Of a DNA stretch of 64,000 nt, positions 21,780 to 35,620 are shown piece by piece; the stretch's first letter is position 1; each line of letters opens with the position of its first letter. This DNA comes from Balanoglossus misakiensis. Taxonomy: Eukaryota > Animalia > Hemichordata. A model generated the notes under the pieces. It ran no database searches, was not told the origin of the DNA, and worked only from the letters and a program-made list of their open reading frames with translations. The DNA lies in assembly GCA_040954595.2 (NCBI GenBank), contig JBECUI020000024.1:558001-622000 (forward strand). Reading direction: 5' to 3'. Made by a program: the position numbers and the translations under genes.

Positions 21780-24399
21780 GTACTAGGTGTCGGAAATGGG
21801 TAAGCACACCCTTCCAGCATGCTACACCCGTTAAGACTGACCCAAAGAGACAGATTTAAGTTGAATTTGACTTAACTAACAAATTACTGTTGCAAGTCAA
21901 ATCCATATTTTGACTTTATCTCTGACTGAGCGCAGCGTTGTCTGAGAGACACTCCACGTCTTCCTCTTCACAAGCAGCCCACTTCAAGTTTCAGCAACAT
22001 CCATAATAGTCCTAAAGTTGAGGTGCCAGTTAAAATTAGGTTTTAGGACCAAACTGGAATAGCTGCCGAAGTTTGGTATTTCAAATGATTGTCAGGTCAC
22101 CTGTTTATTATATGACTGTGAGGTTTCTAACAAAAGGGAGATGACATACAATCACAAGTGTAAATCCAATATTGAACATTACTTAAAGGGACAAATTGTT
22201 CAAATCCTCTTTTGAGCTTATTTGGTCAATTTTGTTTGATATGAAATGTGCCTATTATGCTGTTTGACTTCTTTAAACATGCTTAAATACTGGCCAATAA
22301 ATAACTCCACTATGTTTGAAATTAAACCAGATAGTACAATAATACATTCCAAATGTCATCTGTGATAACATCATGCTTTGGACTTTTTTACTTTATATAT
22401 TACATAACATGTTACGGAGGGGGGGGAGAGAGGTGAGAAAAGGAATGTGAGAAAGGAGAAGAAAAGCAAGAGGGCGGAAATGAGAATGTCAGGATGGAAA
22501 GGGAATGAGGGGAGGACTTTGACAGAAGGGGAGGGGAGAGACCGAATAAGTGAAGGTGAGAGAGGAAGTGGTTAGACAGGAAGAAAGGGAAATTAAAACT
22601 CAATCACCACCACCACCACCACCACAATCATCATCATCACCATCATTGCCATCATCATTCTGGAGGCATCGTGGCATGTATTGGCCCATGGGCATCATGG
22701 GCCAAAAAAACTGATTCAGTGTAAATGTGCATAAACCACACTTTTGTACGAACTCCTGTAACCGGTGACGCAAGTCGTGAGTGAATTTGTGGGCGTGTCG
22801 CGACCTTTTCTGTGAACGTGATGCAGAGTGATATATTGATGACCCCCAGCCACCCCCACACCCTTTGGTAACACACTTCTTAAACTTTCTTTACATAGAA
22901 TGGACTTCTCAAACCTTCCTTACCAAAGTTCTGATTAAAGATATCTATCTTCTAGGGTACTACCAACAGCGTTTCACGTGACTGTAGACAAGCATCAAGT
23001 ACCTGTACACAGACAAGGGCGTGCGCGCGTCCACAATAATTTAAAACGAATGTTTCCACCGCCGTGTGTTTTATGCACATAAACACTGAATCAGCTTTAA
23101 TATTGTCCCATGATGCCCCGTGAGTTGTCAGGGTACCAAACTGACAATGCTGGAGAAAAAATGAAGTGTTGACATGCATGTTGTTGAGGGGTTTCACAAT
23201 GCATGTTACGGACGCTGGTTTCTCTTAGCAATAGAGTAGAGGCGTAAGGATGGGTTGATCTTGTGATTAAGAATTTTGGCAAAGAAACAGAAATTGTGTC
23301 ATTTAGTTTTGTATTAAACCCCATTCGCGTATTTTGTGTTAAAGCACGAAATACTGCAATAATGAGATACGGTAGTATTTAACACATATAATATAGGTTA
23401 TAATATAGCTTTATCAATACCAGTGCATTTTGTGACGTCATTGCTGTACATTTTTTTATCTTTTATTTAAAACGCACAATGTTACATCAACAAATCAAAA
23501 GAAGAAACGAACTGAAAACTCACATCATAGCTTCAAAATTTATTACACTTTCTGGATGGTTGCATGATTCCTAAGGCTTGTATACCTTCAACCTCAATGT
23601 CACGCGGGAGGATTGGTGTTGGGAATGTAACGGGTAATTAAACTCTATCGATGGGGATAACTCGCTTGGCTAATACTGAGAGGTACATATATGGAATCGT
23701 GCTGACGTCCAGATACATCGACACGAACACTGGGTATTTATGGTAGCAACTGAGAATATAAGAATTTAATGAAATAAACCTACTCGACCACTTGCGTTCT
23801 GAGGACAAGAAGGACACAAATAGTCCGCCATCCAAAAGACCGTTCCAGCATTTTATTTTTACCCGCCAAAAGACGCGGAGATATATTTTTAGATGAATGA
23901 TCCATGCATACTCTGATTGCATAGTACTTGTCTTCCTTGTGTTCCTTAAAACAATGAATGTATTGTATTTTCTTTTCTTTTCATCAGGAATGCGATAACT
24001 TTCTTAACACTTCAAAAGTTTCTTTACTCTTCAATCACTTCTGTCTCAACTTTTAAGTTTAACTTTTACTTCCAAATCTCAGGTCACAAACTCTATAGAC
24101 TGCTAAACAATTTTCTTCCTAGTGTTGTATGCGCCACTTGTGAATTTTTGCGAGTGAGATTCACGGGCGTTTGAGCACAATTTATACAAAATATGTTTAT
24201 CGCCATTAGAAAAACGTTCGCGTAGAATCAATGACGTCATGGTAAATTTTAGCTGCATGCTCCAATAGGGATGATAGGGAGACTACTTGTTGTAGAGCAC
24301 CTGAAAATGTACGTATTTCGTCACTTCCTTTTCGCGAAATTTAATTCTTAACGGCATCTTAGTTTTAAGATTTGTGATTCCTTTTTTCTTCAGTTGTAC

Positions 24400-24680
24400 A
24401 TTTGCATCACAGGATACTTCTTTGTAGACTATCGAACCTTGGCATCTCAGACACAGTACTAACATGGTTTACATCTTACCTTCAATATAGATATCAAACT
24501 GTAATCATCGAAAACACTGCAAGTTCACAGTCACCTCTCGTATACGGGGTGCCACTGCCCCTCTGTTGTTCACCATTTATATAGCCCCACTTTATAGTAA
24601 ACCGATTCGTCCCCACATCCTACAATTTCATCAGTACGCCGATGATAACCATCGATACCTCGCCTTTTCCCATCAAGATT
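24400..24680 (+). mobile_element. LINE (L2/CR1 group) reverse-transcriptase fragment
   Basis: HRILLCRLSNLGISDTVLTWFTSYLQYRYQTV...YGVP / LFTIYIAPL...QYADD, frameshifted and truncated. Confidence 0.85.
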
Positions 24681-25560
24681 CAACCTCTGACGTTCCTGTC
24701 TTATGCAGTTTGTTGTTACGGCCGGTCGTCCTCCGGACGTTTACCTCATCGGCTTCTGTGGGGAATCAGCCACGTCCGAAAGCTGACGGCGTACATTCTC
24801 TCCATCTCCTTCTCCACCCAACATATTCATAAAGTCCGAGAGAGGTACCCGGCAGATCGTAAACCTTTTGTAGACAGAGACTTGCAAGAAGTTTTCCGAG
24901 TAACACAAAGTTCTGGTTTATTACTGGTCACACGTAAGAATTACACGACTCGATCCATGCTCGTTGACTCCCATCACGGATCTCCGGTGATAAATGTGTG
25001 ATCTCAAATTTCACCACACCTTATTAATACGTTAGTCAAGTATTAAGTCATAAAAGGAACACGTCATCTTGATATTTCTTAAACATGAACTTAGCGCGTG
25101 ATATCTCTATCTCGTTCTGACATGTATCAATTACACAATCTTGTTTACTCTGGGTCAAGTACCAATGTCAATACTGGACTAAAACCATATAAGTGAATGA
25201 CTTCTTACGTAATCATAAACAAGATCTATGATCGTTAAAACTCAATCGTGACACTTGTATTACCGCTGGTTTCTCATGATTGTTCATGCATCGGGGAATC
25301 TGTAGCGATGAGGTAACGGGCTCTGACGAGAACCGTGATCCACGGAGAAACGTATCTGATTTACGTTCATTTATTGTCCGGAATTATTATAGTACATCAA
25401 ATACGCCCAGTAAAGTACATGAGGAAGGGAACGAGCTCAGTAGCCTGAGGTACTCCCATCTCCCGTTAGATTATTCTCCCCTAACTTTGGAAACAAAGTT
25501 CTCTTATGATTACTTTTCTCAAGGCGTGGTTAACCATGTAAAATATCACAAATACATGTA

Positions 25561-28500
25561 GTGGCCAGTGTCGTGCCCATTAATTTTGAGTGTTTGGTGG
25601 GGTCAACCTTTGCGTCAACATTGATTAACCAGGCCATGCAGAGCTAGTGGCCAGTGTCGTGCCCATTAATTTTGAGTGTTTGGTGGGGTCAACCTTTGCG
25701 TCAACATTGATTAACCAGGCCATGCAGAGCTAGTGGCCAGTGTTGTGCCCATTAATTTTGAGTGTTTGGTGGGGTCAACCTTTGCGTCAACATTGATTAA
25801 CCAGGCCATGCAGAGCTAGTGGCCAGTGTCGTGCCCATCAATTTTGAGTGTTTGGTGGGGTGAACCTTTGCGTCAACATTGATAAACCAGGCCATGCAGA
25901 GCTAGTGGCCAGTGTCGTGCCCATTAATTTTGAGTGTTTGGTGGGGTCAACCTTTGCGTCAACATTGATTAACCAGGCCAGAGCTTAGTGGCCAGTGTCG
26001 TGCCCATAAATTTTGAATGTTTGGTGGGGTCAACCTTTGCGTCAACATTGATAAACCAGGCCATGCAGAGCTAGTGGCCAGTGTCGTGCCCATTAATTTT
26101 GAGTGTTTGGTGGGGTCAACCTTTGCGTCAACATTGATTAACCAGGCCATGCAGAGCTAGTGGCCAGTGTCGTGCCAATTAATTTTGAGTGTTTGGTGGG
26201 GTCAACCTTTGCGTCAACATTGATTAACCAGGCCATGCAGAGCTAGTGGCCAGTGTCGTGCCCATCAATTTTGAGTGTTTGGTGGGGTCAACCTTTGCGT
26301 CAACATTGATAAACCAGGCCATGCAGAGCTAGTGGCCAGTGTCGTGCCCATTAATTTTGAGTGTTTGGTGGGGTCAACCTTTGCGTCAACATTGATTAAC
26401 CAGGCCAGAGCTTAGTGGCCAGTGTCGTGCCCATTAATTTTGAGTGTTTGGTGGGGTCAACCTTTGCGTCAACATTGATTAACCAGGCCAGAGCTTAGTG
26501 GCCAGTGTCGTGCCCATTAATTTTGAGTGTTTGGTGGGGTCAACCTTTGCGTCAACATTGATTAACCAGGCCAGAGCTTAGTGGCCAGTGTCGTGCCCAT
26601 AAATTTTGAGTGTTTGGTGGGGTCAACCCTTGCGTCAACCTTGATTAGCCAGGCCAGAGCTAGTGGCCAGTGTCGTGCCCATCAATTATGAGTGTTTGGT
26701 GGGGTCAACCCCTGCGTCAACATTGATTAGCCAGGCCAGAGCTTAGTGGCCAGTATCGCGCCCATTAATTTTGAGTGTTTGGTGGGGTTAACCCTTGCGT
26801 CAACCTGGATTAGCCAGGCCAGAGCTAGGGGCCAGTGTCGCGCCCATCAATTTTGAGTGTTTGGTGGGGTCAACCTTTGCGTCAACCTTGATTAGCCACG
26901 CCAGAGCTAGTGGCCAGTGTCGTGCCCATCAATTTTGAGTGTTTGGTGGGGTCAACCCTTGCGTCAACATTGATTAGCCAGGCCAGAGCTAGTGGCCAGT
27001 GTCGCGCCCATTAATTTTGAGTGTTTGGTGGGGTCAACCCTTGCGTCAACATTGATTAGCCAGGCCAGAGCTAGTGGCCAGTGTCGCGCCCATCAATTTT
27101 GAGTGTTTGGTGGGGTCAACCCTTGCGTCAACATTGATTAGCCAGGCCAGAGCTAGTGGCGAGTGTCGCGCCCATCAATTTTGAGTGTTTGGTGGGGTCA
27201 ACCTTTGCGTCAACATTGATTAACCAGGCCATGCAGAGCTAGTGGCCAGTGTCGTGCCCATCAATTTTGAGTGTTTGGTAGGGTCAACCTTTGCGTCAAC
27301 ATTGATTAACCAGGCCATGCAGAGCTAGTGGCCAGTGTCGTGCCCATCAATTTTGAGTGTTTGGTGGGGTCAACCTTTGCGTCAACATTGATTAACCAGG
27401 CCATGCAGAGCTAGTGGCCAGTGTCGTGCCCATCAATTATGAGTGTTTGGTGGGGTCAACCCTTGCGTCAACCTTGATTAGCCAGGCCAGAGCTTAGTGG
27501 CCAGTGTCGTGCCCATCAATTTTGAGTGTTTGGTGGGGTCAACCCTTGCGTCAACCTTGATTAGCCAGGCCAGAGCTAGTGGCCAGTGTCGTGCCCATCA
27601 ATTATGAGTGTTTGGCGGAGTCAACCCTCGCGTCAACATTGATTAGCCAGGCCAGAGCTTAGTGGCCAGTGTTGCGCCCATTAATTTTGAGTGTTTGGTG
27701 GGGTCAACCCTTGCGTCAACCTTGATTAGCCAGGCCAGAGCTAGTGGCCAGTGTCGTGCCCATCAATTTTGAGTGTTTGGTGGGGTCAACCTTTGCGTCA
27801 ACATTGATTAGCCAGGCCAGAGCTAGTGGCCAGTGTCGCGCCCATTAATTTTGAGTGTTTGGTGGGGTCAACCTTTGCGTCAACCTTGATTAGCCAGGCC
27901 ATGCAGAGCTAGGGGCCAGTGTCGTGCCCATCAATTTTGAGTGTTTGGTGGGGTCAACCTTTGCGTCAACCTTGATTAGCCAGGCCATGCAGAGCTAGTG
28001 GCCAGTGTCGTGCCCATCAATTTTGAGTGTTTGGTGGGGTCAACCTTTGCGTCAACATTGATTAACCAGGCCATGCAGAGCTAGTGGCCAGTGTCGTGCC
28101 CATCAATTTTGAGTGTTTGGTGGGGTCAACCTTTGCGTCAACATTGATTAACCAGGCCATGCAGAGCTAGTGGCCAGTGTCGTGCCCATCAATTTTGAGT
28201 GTTTGGTGGGGTCAACCTTTGCGTCAACATTGATTAACCAGGCCATGCAGAGCTAGTGGCCAGTGTCGTGCCCATCAATTTTGAGTGTTTGGTGGGGTCA
28301 ACCTTTGCGTCAACATTGATTAACCAGGCCATGCAGAGCTAGTGGCCAGTGTCGTGCCCATCAATTTTGAGTGTTTGGTGGGGTCAACCTTTGCGTCAAC
28401 ATTGATTAACCAGGCCATGCAGAGCTAGTGGCCAGTGTCGTGCCCATCAATTTTGAGTGTTTGGTGGGGTCAACCTTTGCGTCAACATTGATTAACCAGG

Positions 28501-30147
28501 CCATGCAGAGCTAGTGGCCAGTGTCGCGCCCATTAATTTTGAGTGTTTGGTGGGGTCAACCTTTGCGTCAACATCGATTAGCCAGGCCATGCAGAGCTAG
28601 TGGCCAGTGTCGCGCCCATCAATTTTGAGTGTTTGGTGGGGTCAACCTTTGCGTCAACATTGATTAACCAGGCCATGCAGAGCTAGTGGCCAGTGTCGCG
28701 CCCATTAATTTTGAGTGTTTGGTGGGGTCAACCTTTGCGTCAACCTTGATTAGCCAGGCCATGCAGAGCTAGGGGCCAGTGTCGTGCCCATCAATTTTGA
28801 GTGTTTGGTGGGGTCAACCTTTGCGTCAACCTTGATTAGCCAGGCCATGCAGAGCTAGTGGCCAGTGTCGTGCCCATCAATTTTGAGTGTTTGGTGGGGT
28901 CAACCTTTGCGTCAACATTGATTAACCAGGCCATGCAGAGCTAGTGGCCAGTGTCGTGCCCATTAATTTTGAGTGTTTGGTGGGGTCAACCTTTGCGTCA
29001 ACATTGATTAACCAGGCCATGCAGAGCTAGTGGCCAGTGTCGTGCCCATCAATTTTGAGTGTTTGGTGGGGTCAACCTTTGCGTCAACATTGATTAACCA
29101 GGCCATGCAGAGCTAGTGGCCAGTGTCGTGCCCATCAATTTTGAGTGTTTGGTGGGGTCAACCTTTGCGTCAACATTGATTAACCAGGCCATGCAGAGCT
29201 AGTGGCCAGTGTCGTGCCCATCAATTTTGAGTGTTTGGTGGGGTCAACCTTTGCGTCAACATTGATTAACCAGGCCATGCAGAGCTAGTGGCCAGTGTCG
29301 TGCCCATCAATTTTGAGTGTTTGGTGGGGTCAACCTTTGCGTCAACATTGATTAACCAGGCCATGCAGAGCTAGTGGCCAGTGTCGCGCCCATTAATTTT
29401 GAGTGTTTGGTGGGGTCAACCTTTGCGTCAATCTTGATTAGCCAGGCCATGCAGAGCTAGGGGCCAGTGTCGTGCCCATCAATTTTGAGTGTTTGGTGGG
29501 GTCAACCTTTGCGTCAACCTTGATTAGCCAGGCCATGCAGAGCTAGTGGCCAGTGTCGTGCCCATCAATTTTGAGTGTTTGGTGGGGTCAACCTTTGCGT
29601 CAACATTGATTAACCAGGCCATGCAGAGCTAGTGGCCAGTGTCGTGCCCATTAATTTTGAGTGTTTGGTGGGGTCAACCTTTGCGTCAACATTGATTAAC
29701 CAGGCCATGCAGAGCTAGTGGCCAGTGTCGTGCCCATCAATTTTGAGTGTTTGGTGGGGTCAACCTTTGCGTCAACATTGATTAACCAGGCCATGCAGAG
29801 CTAGTGGCCAGTGTCGTGCCCATCAATTTTGAGTGTTTGGTGGGGTCAACCTTTGCGTCAACATTGATTAACCAGGCCATGCAGAGCTAGTGGCCAGTGT
29901 CGTGCCCATCAATTTTGAGTGTTTGGTGGGGTCAACCTTTGCGTCAACATTGATTAACCAGGCCATGCAGAGCTAGTGGCCAGTGTCGTGCCCATCAATT
30001 TTGAGTGTTTGGTGGGGTCAACCTTTGCGTCAACATTGATTAACCAGGCCATGCAGAGCTAGTGGCCAGTGTCGTGCCCATTAATTTTGAGTGTTTGGTA
30101 GGGTCAACCTTTGCGTCAACATTGATTAACCAGCCCATGCAGAGCTA
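25561..30147. repeat. 86-bp satellite array, ~54 copies
   Basis: Unit gtggccagtgtcgtgcccattaattttgagtgtttggtggggtcaacctttgcgtcaacattgattaaccaggccatgcagagcta. Variant units of 82-83 bp lack atgc. Confidence 0.97.
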
Positions 30148-30756
30148 CATGTATGTTGCCTGTAAGGCACACATCTCCAATTGGTACATTGGGCCTATCA
30201 TACTGTACATGTACAACTAGGAAAATGTACTTCATCATATTTCCATAGTCAGCAGCTTCAAGAACATGTTGCCTTCTCTATATGAATGTTTAGACTAAAA
30301 AGAAGTATAAGAAGAATAAAGTTGTCCAATTATTGTTGGCAGGGGGTGGGGATGTGTGCTCCCATACAAATGTATATGGGTATGTACTCTTTAAGAAAAA
30401 CCTTCATATGCAAGAGAAAAATGGTAAATGACAAAGAAAATTTGACTGGTATTACAATAGGTCGGGTTTTTGGCATTTACACATATTGATGTTATCAACC
30501 GGGAAGCACACTACGTGCTGAAAATAATTAGAGACCTCTCGCCCGGGGTGTCGGCCAATGGCCACATACATTTCCAGTCCTAAACCTTGCATCAGTTCTG
30601 TGGTGCGGATTAAGAAATAAGATTGGCGCTACAATATGCCCACTTAGTTTGAAATGGATTCTGCATATATACATGTAAACACATTGAAAATGAGACATTA
30701 CACATATAATCATGGGACAAGAAGGGCAAAAATTAAATTATCCAGCAGGTGTTCGA

Positions 30757-31420
30757 ATTATGCAAATTAGAACAGTTGTCTAATATTGCCATGTCAACCA
30801 CGTTGAAATTGTTTTAGGTACCCATATTAATTAAAACCGTGAAAATGCGATATTACACACCATATAAGACAAACCAGGGAAATTTACATGTTAGAGAAGT
30901 TTGTCAGCCATTTTGGATTATGCAAATTAGAACAGTTGTCTAATATTGCCATGTCAACCATGCTGAAATTGTTTTAGTTACCCATGTTGATGAAAACCCT
31001 GCAAATGCGATTTTAGGCACCATATAAGACAAAACAGGGAAATTTACATTTAAGAAGAGTTTGGTGGCCATTTTGGATTATGCAAATTAGAACAGCTGTC
31101 TAATATTGCCATGTCAACGACGTTGAAATTTTTTTAGGTACCCATATTGATGAAAACCCTGCAAATGCGATATTACACACTATTAAAGACAACCATAGTA
31201 AATTTACATGTTAGAGAAGTTTGTCGGCCATTCTAGATTATGCAAATTAGAACAGCTGTCTAACATTGCAATGTCAACCACGTTGAAATTGTTTTAGGTA
31301 CCCATATTGATGAAAACCCTTCAAATGCGATACTACACGCTATTTAAGACGACCATAGGAAATTTACATGTTAGTGGAGTTTGGCGGCCATTTTGGACTA
31401 TGCAAATGAGAAGAGTTGAA
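30757..31420. repeat. ~160-bp tandem repeat, ~4 copies (fewer copies, inverted, at 63310-63540)
   Basis: attatgcaaattagaacagttgtctaatattgccatgtcaacc recurs every ~160 bp. Confidence 0.9.
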
Positions 31421-34400
31421 CAAAAAATGCCATATTTGCAATGCTGTTGTCTTGTTTTGGGTGCCTATGTTAAGGCTTGAAAATGAAAGCTTATTCACCA
31501 TTTTGGCACAAACAGTGGCGAGAAGGTGTTCCAATGTAACTTAGAAGAGTTGCCATATTTGCAATACAGTTATATTGTTTAAGGTATGAATGCAAATCCT
31601 GAATATTAGATTTATAACAATTTCATTGGAAAGAACATTTGTAGGTTCATCATTGACCCCATAGGACTGTCAACTCGACTACAGACAGTCTCGATGAACA
31701 CAAGACATGATCCCAATTTGCAAGCTGAGTTGAAACTGACTGCTGCAGTAACTTTAGCTCTGGGAATGTCTTGTGTGATTTAAAGCAATTGATGACCAAA
31801 TTTAACACAGTTTCTCTGAGGTAACCACTTAGCTTTCGTGACTGGTTGTTTAAGAATCCAAAAAACATGAATTCTACCCAATGAATTCAACCCTTGGAAT
31901 TTCACAACTGTAACAGAGTTTGCAGTCATGCACAAAAGTAGGTATCATACACATAAGAAATTTCTCACATGTATTTTTATGATGGCAATGCATTCGACTG
32001 TAAACAAACATTGACATCAGTCAGTAGCGCTATTTTGTCAGTGAAATGGCTTCATCATCATCCCTCCAACCAAAGTTGAAACTGAGTTGCAAATATTGCA
32101 CAGCTTGAAATCATAAAATGTTGCAAAATTGAACCAACAGTTCGGTCAATGATCAAGTTCTTACAGCTATTATTAGAACCAGACAATCTCAGCGAACAAG
32201 AGACATGGGCCTTATTTGCAAGTCGAGTTAGAACTGCCTTTGCCTGCCCACGGACGCCCCAGTTTCAGCAAAAATTATTGCATTAAAATGTGAGTATGGA
32301 GAACTATGCTCTGTGTTCCTTTTGTTAGCTTACATAGCTGTTGTCATTCTAGTTTTTCCTCTGTCCTGTGAACATAGTTTCAGTTGCGAAAACCAACAGT
32401 TCTCAAAGTACAAAAGTACACCTAAATTGCCTCGGTGATGAGCATGCAGAATTTATCTGATGCTTTTTACTGGCAGAAGGACCCCACCAGTTGCAGATTG
32501 TCAATTCCATGGCACAAGGGAATTTACGCTTTGCGTTCAAATATAAATAATTAAAACCTGTTTAATTTTTCTATATGTTCTTTAGTGATGATTCAAAAGT
32601 ATTATGACTGCTAGTGTGATTAATATTCTATTTTCAAAATGTGTTTCTCTTAATGATTATGAATACATCAAAATTTATGCTTTAAAATTAAATCATTATA
32701 CCTGAAATATTGCAAATATTTGGAGGGTTGCATTTAATTTGAAGTTCTCGATCAAAGTTTTAGGCATAAAAAAGGTGCTACACCCCCGAAAAATTGGTAG
32801 CTATGAATTCAATTCAAAGAGTGTTGTAATGTCTGTTTTGCAACAGGGTGCCAGTTCAACAAAGCGCATGAGGATAGTAAATCACCTTTGTGAATTTTGT
32901 GCACCACAGTAAGAATTCCCTAGAAACTGCAAACTAAATTGCAAAGCAATCAGACAAAAATGGCAGAAATTGCCAAAAAAAAAAAAAACAATATTGTCAC
33001 TTCCATCACTGGGTTTGTTAAATTGTCATAAAATCACACCTAAGAACATGCAAACCAAATTTTAAAAAAAATGTGGGTAGAGGTTTCTGAGTATATGACG
33101 ACCAAAATCACCCCAAAAATATACTTTAAAAATGAAAAATAAAATCTGTATAAAGTCTCAATAACATAAATACACACCAATTTCTAAAGCAATCTGACCA
33201 GTACCTTCTTGAGTTTCTGAGTTTAGAACAATTTCACATTGGTCCCAATGGTATATTGACATATACAAAATTGGACCTAAAGAGTAAAACACATTTCAAA
33301 GATTTTACAATTAAAGCCTCACAAGCTGCCAAATTTTACACATCTTTTTCCACAATAACATTTTTCAAATTATCCACCTATCCTTTAAAATCAGCACCAT
33401 TGAGCCATATTACTTGAATTTGCATGGGGTTTGTCATCTCTCTGCGATGTGTACCCTCCATATGGAGGCTGATTAAAACAGGTGTGGCGCTCGTTTAATA
33501 TCTGACTTCTTTAAATTGCAACATACAGGCACATTCATAAGTCAATAAAATGTTCATGTATACCTATCAGTCAGTTTGTTTAGATGAACAAATCTAAGAT
33601 GGAAAGTAATATCATGAAAATACTGAAAGATTGGAAACTCTGAGTTTGAGTCTAAGGATAACAAGGGAACCTCTCTACTATTTGACGCACCAAAGCTATG
33701 AAAAACTTCCTTCTTTCCCTCAAATATTTTTTATGAATATGTTCTACTCCGTGATTAAAATTTCCCTTTTACCAAATGTACATATGTAAGAGACGAGATT
33801 TTTTCAGCAAAATTTCAAATGGCCTAGGGTGACTTTTTACCTACTTACCCATATTGGGTAGCATGAAACACAGAATGGCATACCAGTGGGTTAGAGATAC
33901 AGCGTTTTATATTAACATGAATTAACATGAAACTAAAAATTTGATGGTTTACTTAGGACTGCCTTGATCCATGGTAACCTCATTAAATATGTACATATCT
34001 AATTCTAGGCTATCCAGTTGCGGTAGAAACCTGGACATGGACAACTTTGGGGTCAAAATCTTTTGACAAAATGTTGGGTGATCTTGGGTAAACTTTGACC
34101 TACATTCCTATATCTTGGCATCCGGCACAGATACATCCTTGACACTTGGAGTGATGGAACTGCATAATGGAGTATTATGTCTCAGCTAGTCACAGTGCTT
34201 TTGCTGTGTTTTATGTCTTTTATTCAGCCAAATTAGATGTTTTTCATTACACATTGGCTGTGTTTGCCAGTACTTTTTAGCTGGTCACACTGCCTTAACA
34301 CAATGTATTCTCAAAATACTCTGCAATCTTTATGAAGCATATACAGCAGACAAAGTTGTGGTAAGACTAAACTTGCCCTTCTTTGTGATTAAAGCATGAC

Positions 34401-35620
34401 CGGCCTGTCTTAGGTGGCCCCTACCTAGGGGCTTTACCCGTCATTGGCTCACAGTCTGAGAAATCAGCTCTGCAGGGAAGTTAACGATGTAACCCACCAT
34501 TAAAGCTTGGATTTCCGCTTTTTGTATTTGATGCCTGGCTGAGGCCTTCTTAGGATCTACCCAACGCTGAGTAGGCTATCCCGTCATTGGCACACAGTCT
34601 CAGGGAGGGAGTCAAAAGTTCAGTATACCATCAAAGCCTTTATATTGTCCATTCTTTTTAAGAGAAGGCTGGCTGCTGTAGAAAAATGTTGATCTCAAAT
34701 TTATCATGTCCAAAAAGCCAGACTTCCAGCCCTATTGGTTAGGCTGGCATTAGGTAAGTACATAATTAATGAGGCAAGACATAATACTCAATCAAATAGT
34801 TCCATCACTCCAAGTGTCAAGGTTGTATCTGCTCCGGATGCTAAAATATAGGAATGTAGGTCAAAGTTTACCCAAGATCACACAAATGTTTGTCAAAAGA
34901 TTTTGACCCCGAAGTTGTCCATGTCCAGGTTTCTACTTCAGCTGAATAGCCTAGAATTAGATATGCACATATTTAACGAGGTTACCATTGCTCAGGGGGG
35001 TCTTAAATTAACCATCAAATTTTAGTTTCATATTAATGCATATTAATATAAAACACTGTATCTCTAACCCTACAGGTAAGCCTAGAATTAGGTACATGTA
35101 CATGCGTAAGTTTTTGACAAGACAGTTAAGCTGTAATATATGTACATGAACCTTGACAATTGACTTAAAATAACATAAAGGCAGAACTGATACTGATTGG
35201 AGATAGATATTACTAATGACAGTGATGTTAATTACACCAGGAATGTTTGTCTTAGTATACGGTAGCTAACCGACTGCTTGAGGTTAAGTAATAAAAGTGC
35301 CCACTTGCGATTCACCTTCAAATAGCTACTTAGTCTTTGGTACATGTACATTGTTTTTCCAATGATTAGACAAAGGATATACATACGTGTAATTAAGGTT
35401 GGGTAGCATTTTCAATGTAATAAGCCCTGCCTTCACTATAATCTTACACCAAATCAACACTGTTCAGTAATGTGATAGGCTTCAAAGCGACGCTAGTTAC
35501 ATCATAATTCCCAGCAAGGGGTATTAGTTTATTGGGCAAGTGGCATGAGTGAGGCCAGACATTAGTTTTGGAAGCAAAGCGGACAGAACACTGCCGGGCA
35601 TAGACTAGGTAGTTCTGAAC

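Noticed and set aside
23620-25330. Solo LTR(s) around the LINE fragment
   Set aside because: TG..CA-like ends exist (e.g. ~24714-24905) but no TSD or second copy supports boundaries.
25561-30147. CRISPR-like array
   Set aside because: Units are contiguous near-identical 86-mers with no unique spacers; no cas genes; eukaryotic context.
31990-32300. Protein-coding exon in the A unit
   Set aside because: All four copies have stops or shifts in every frame and no recognisable domain.
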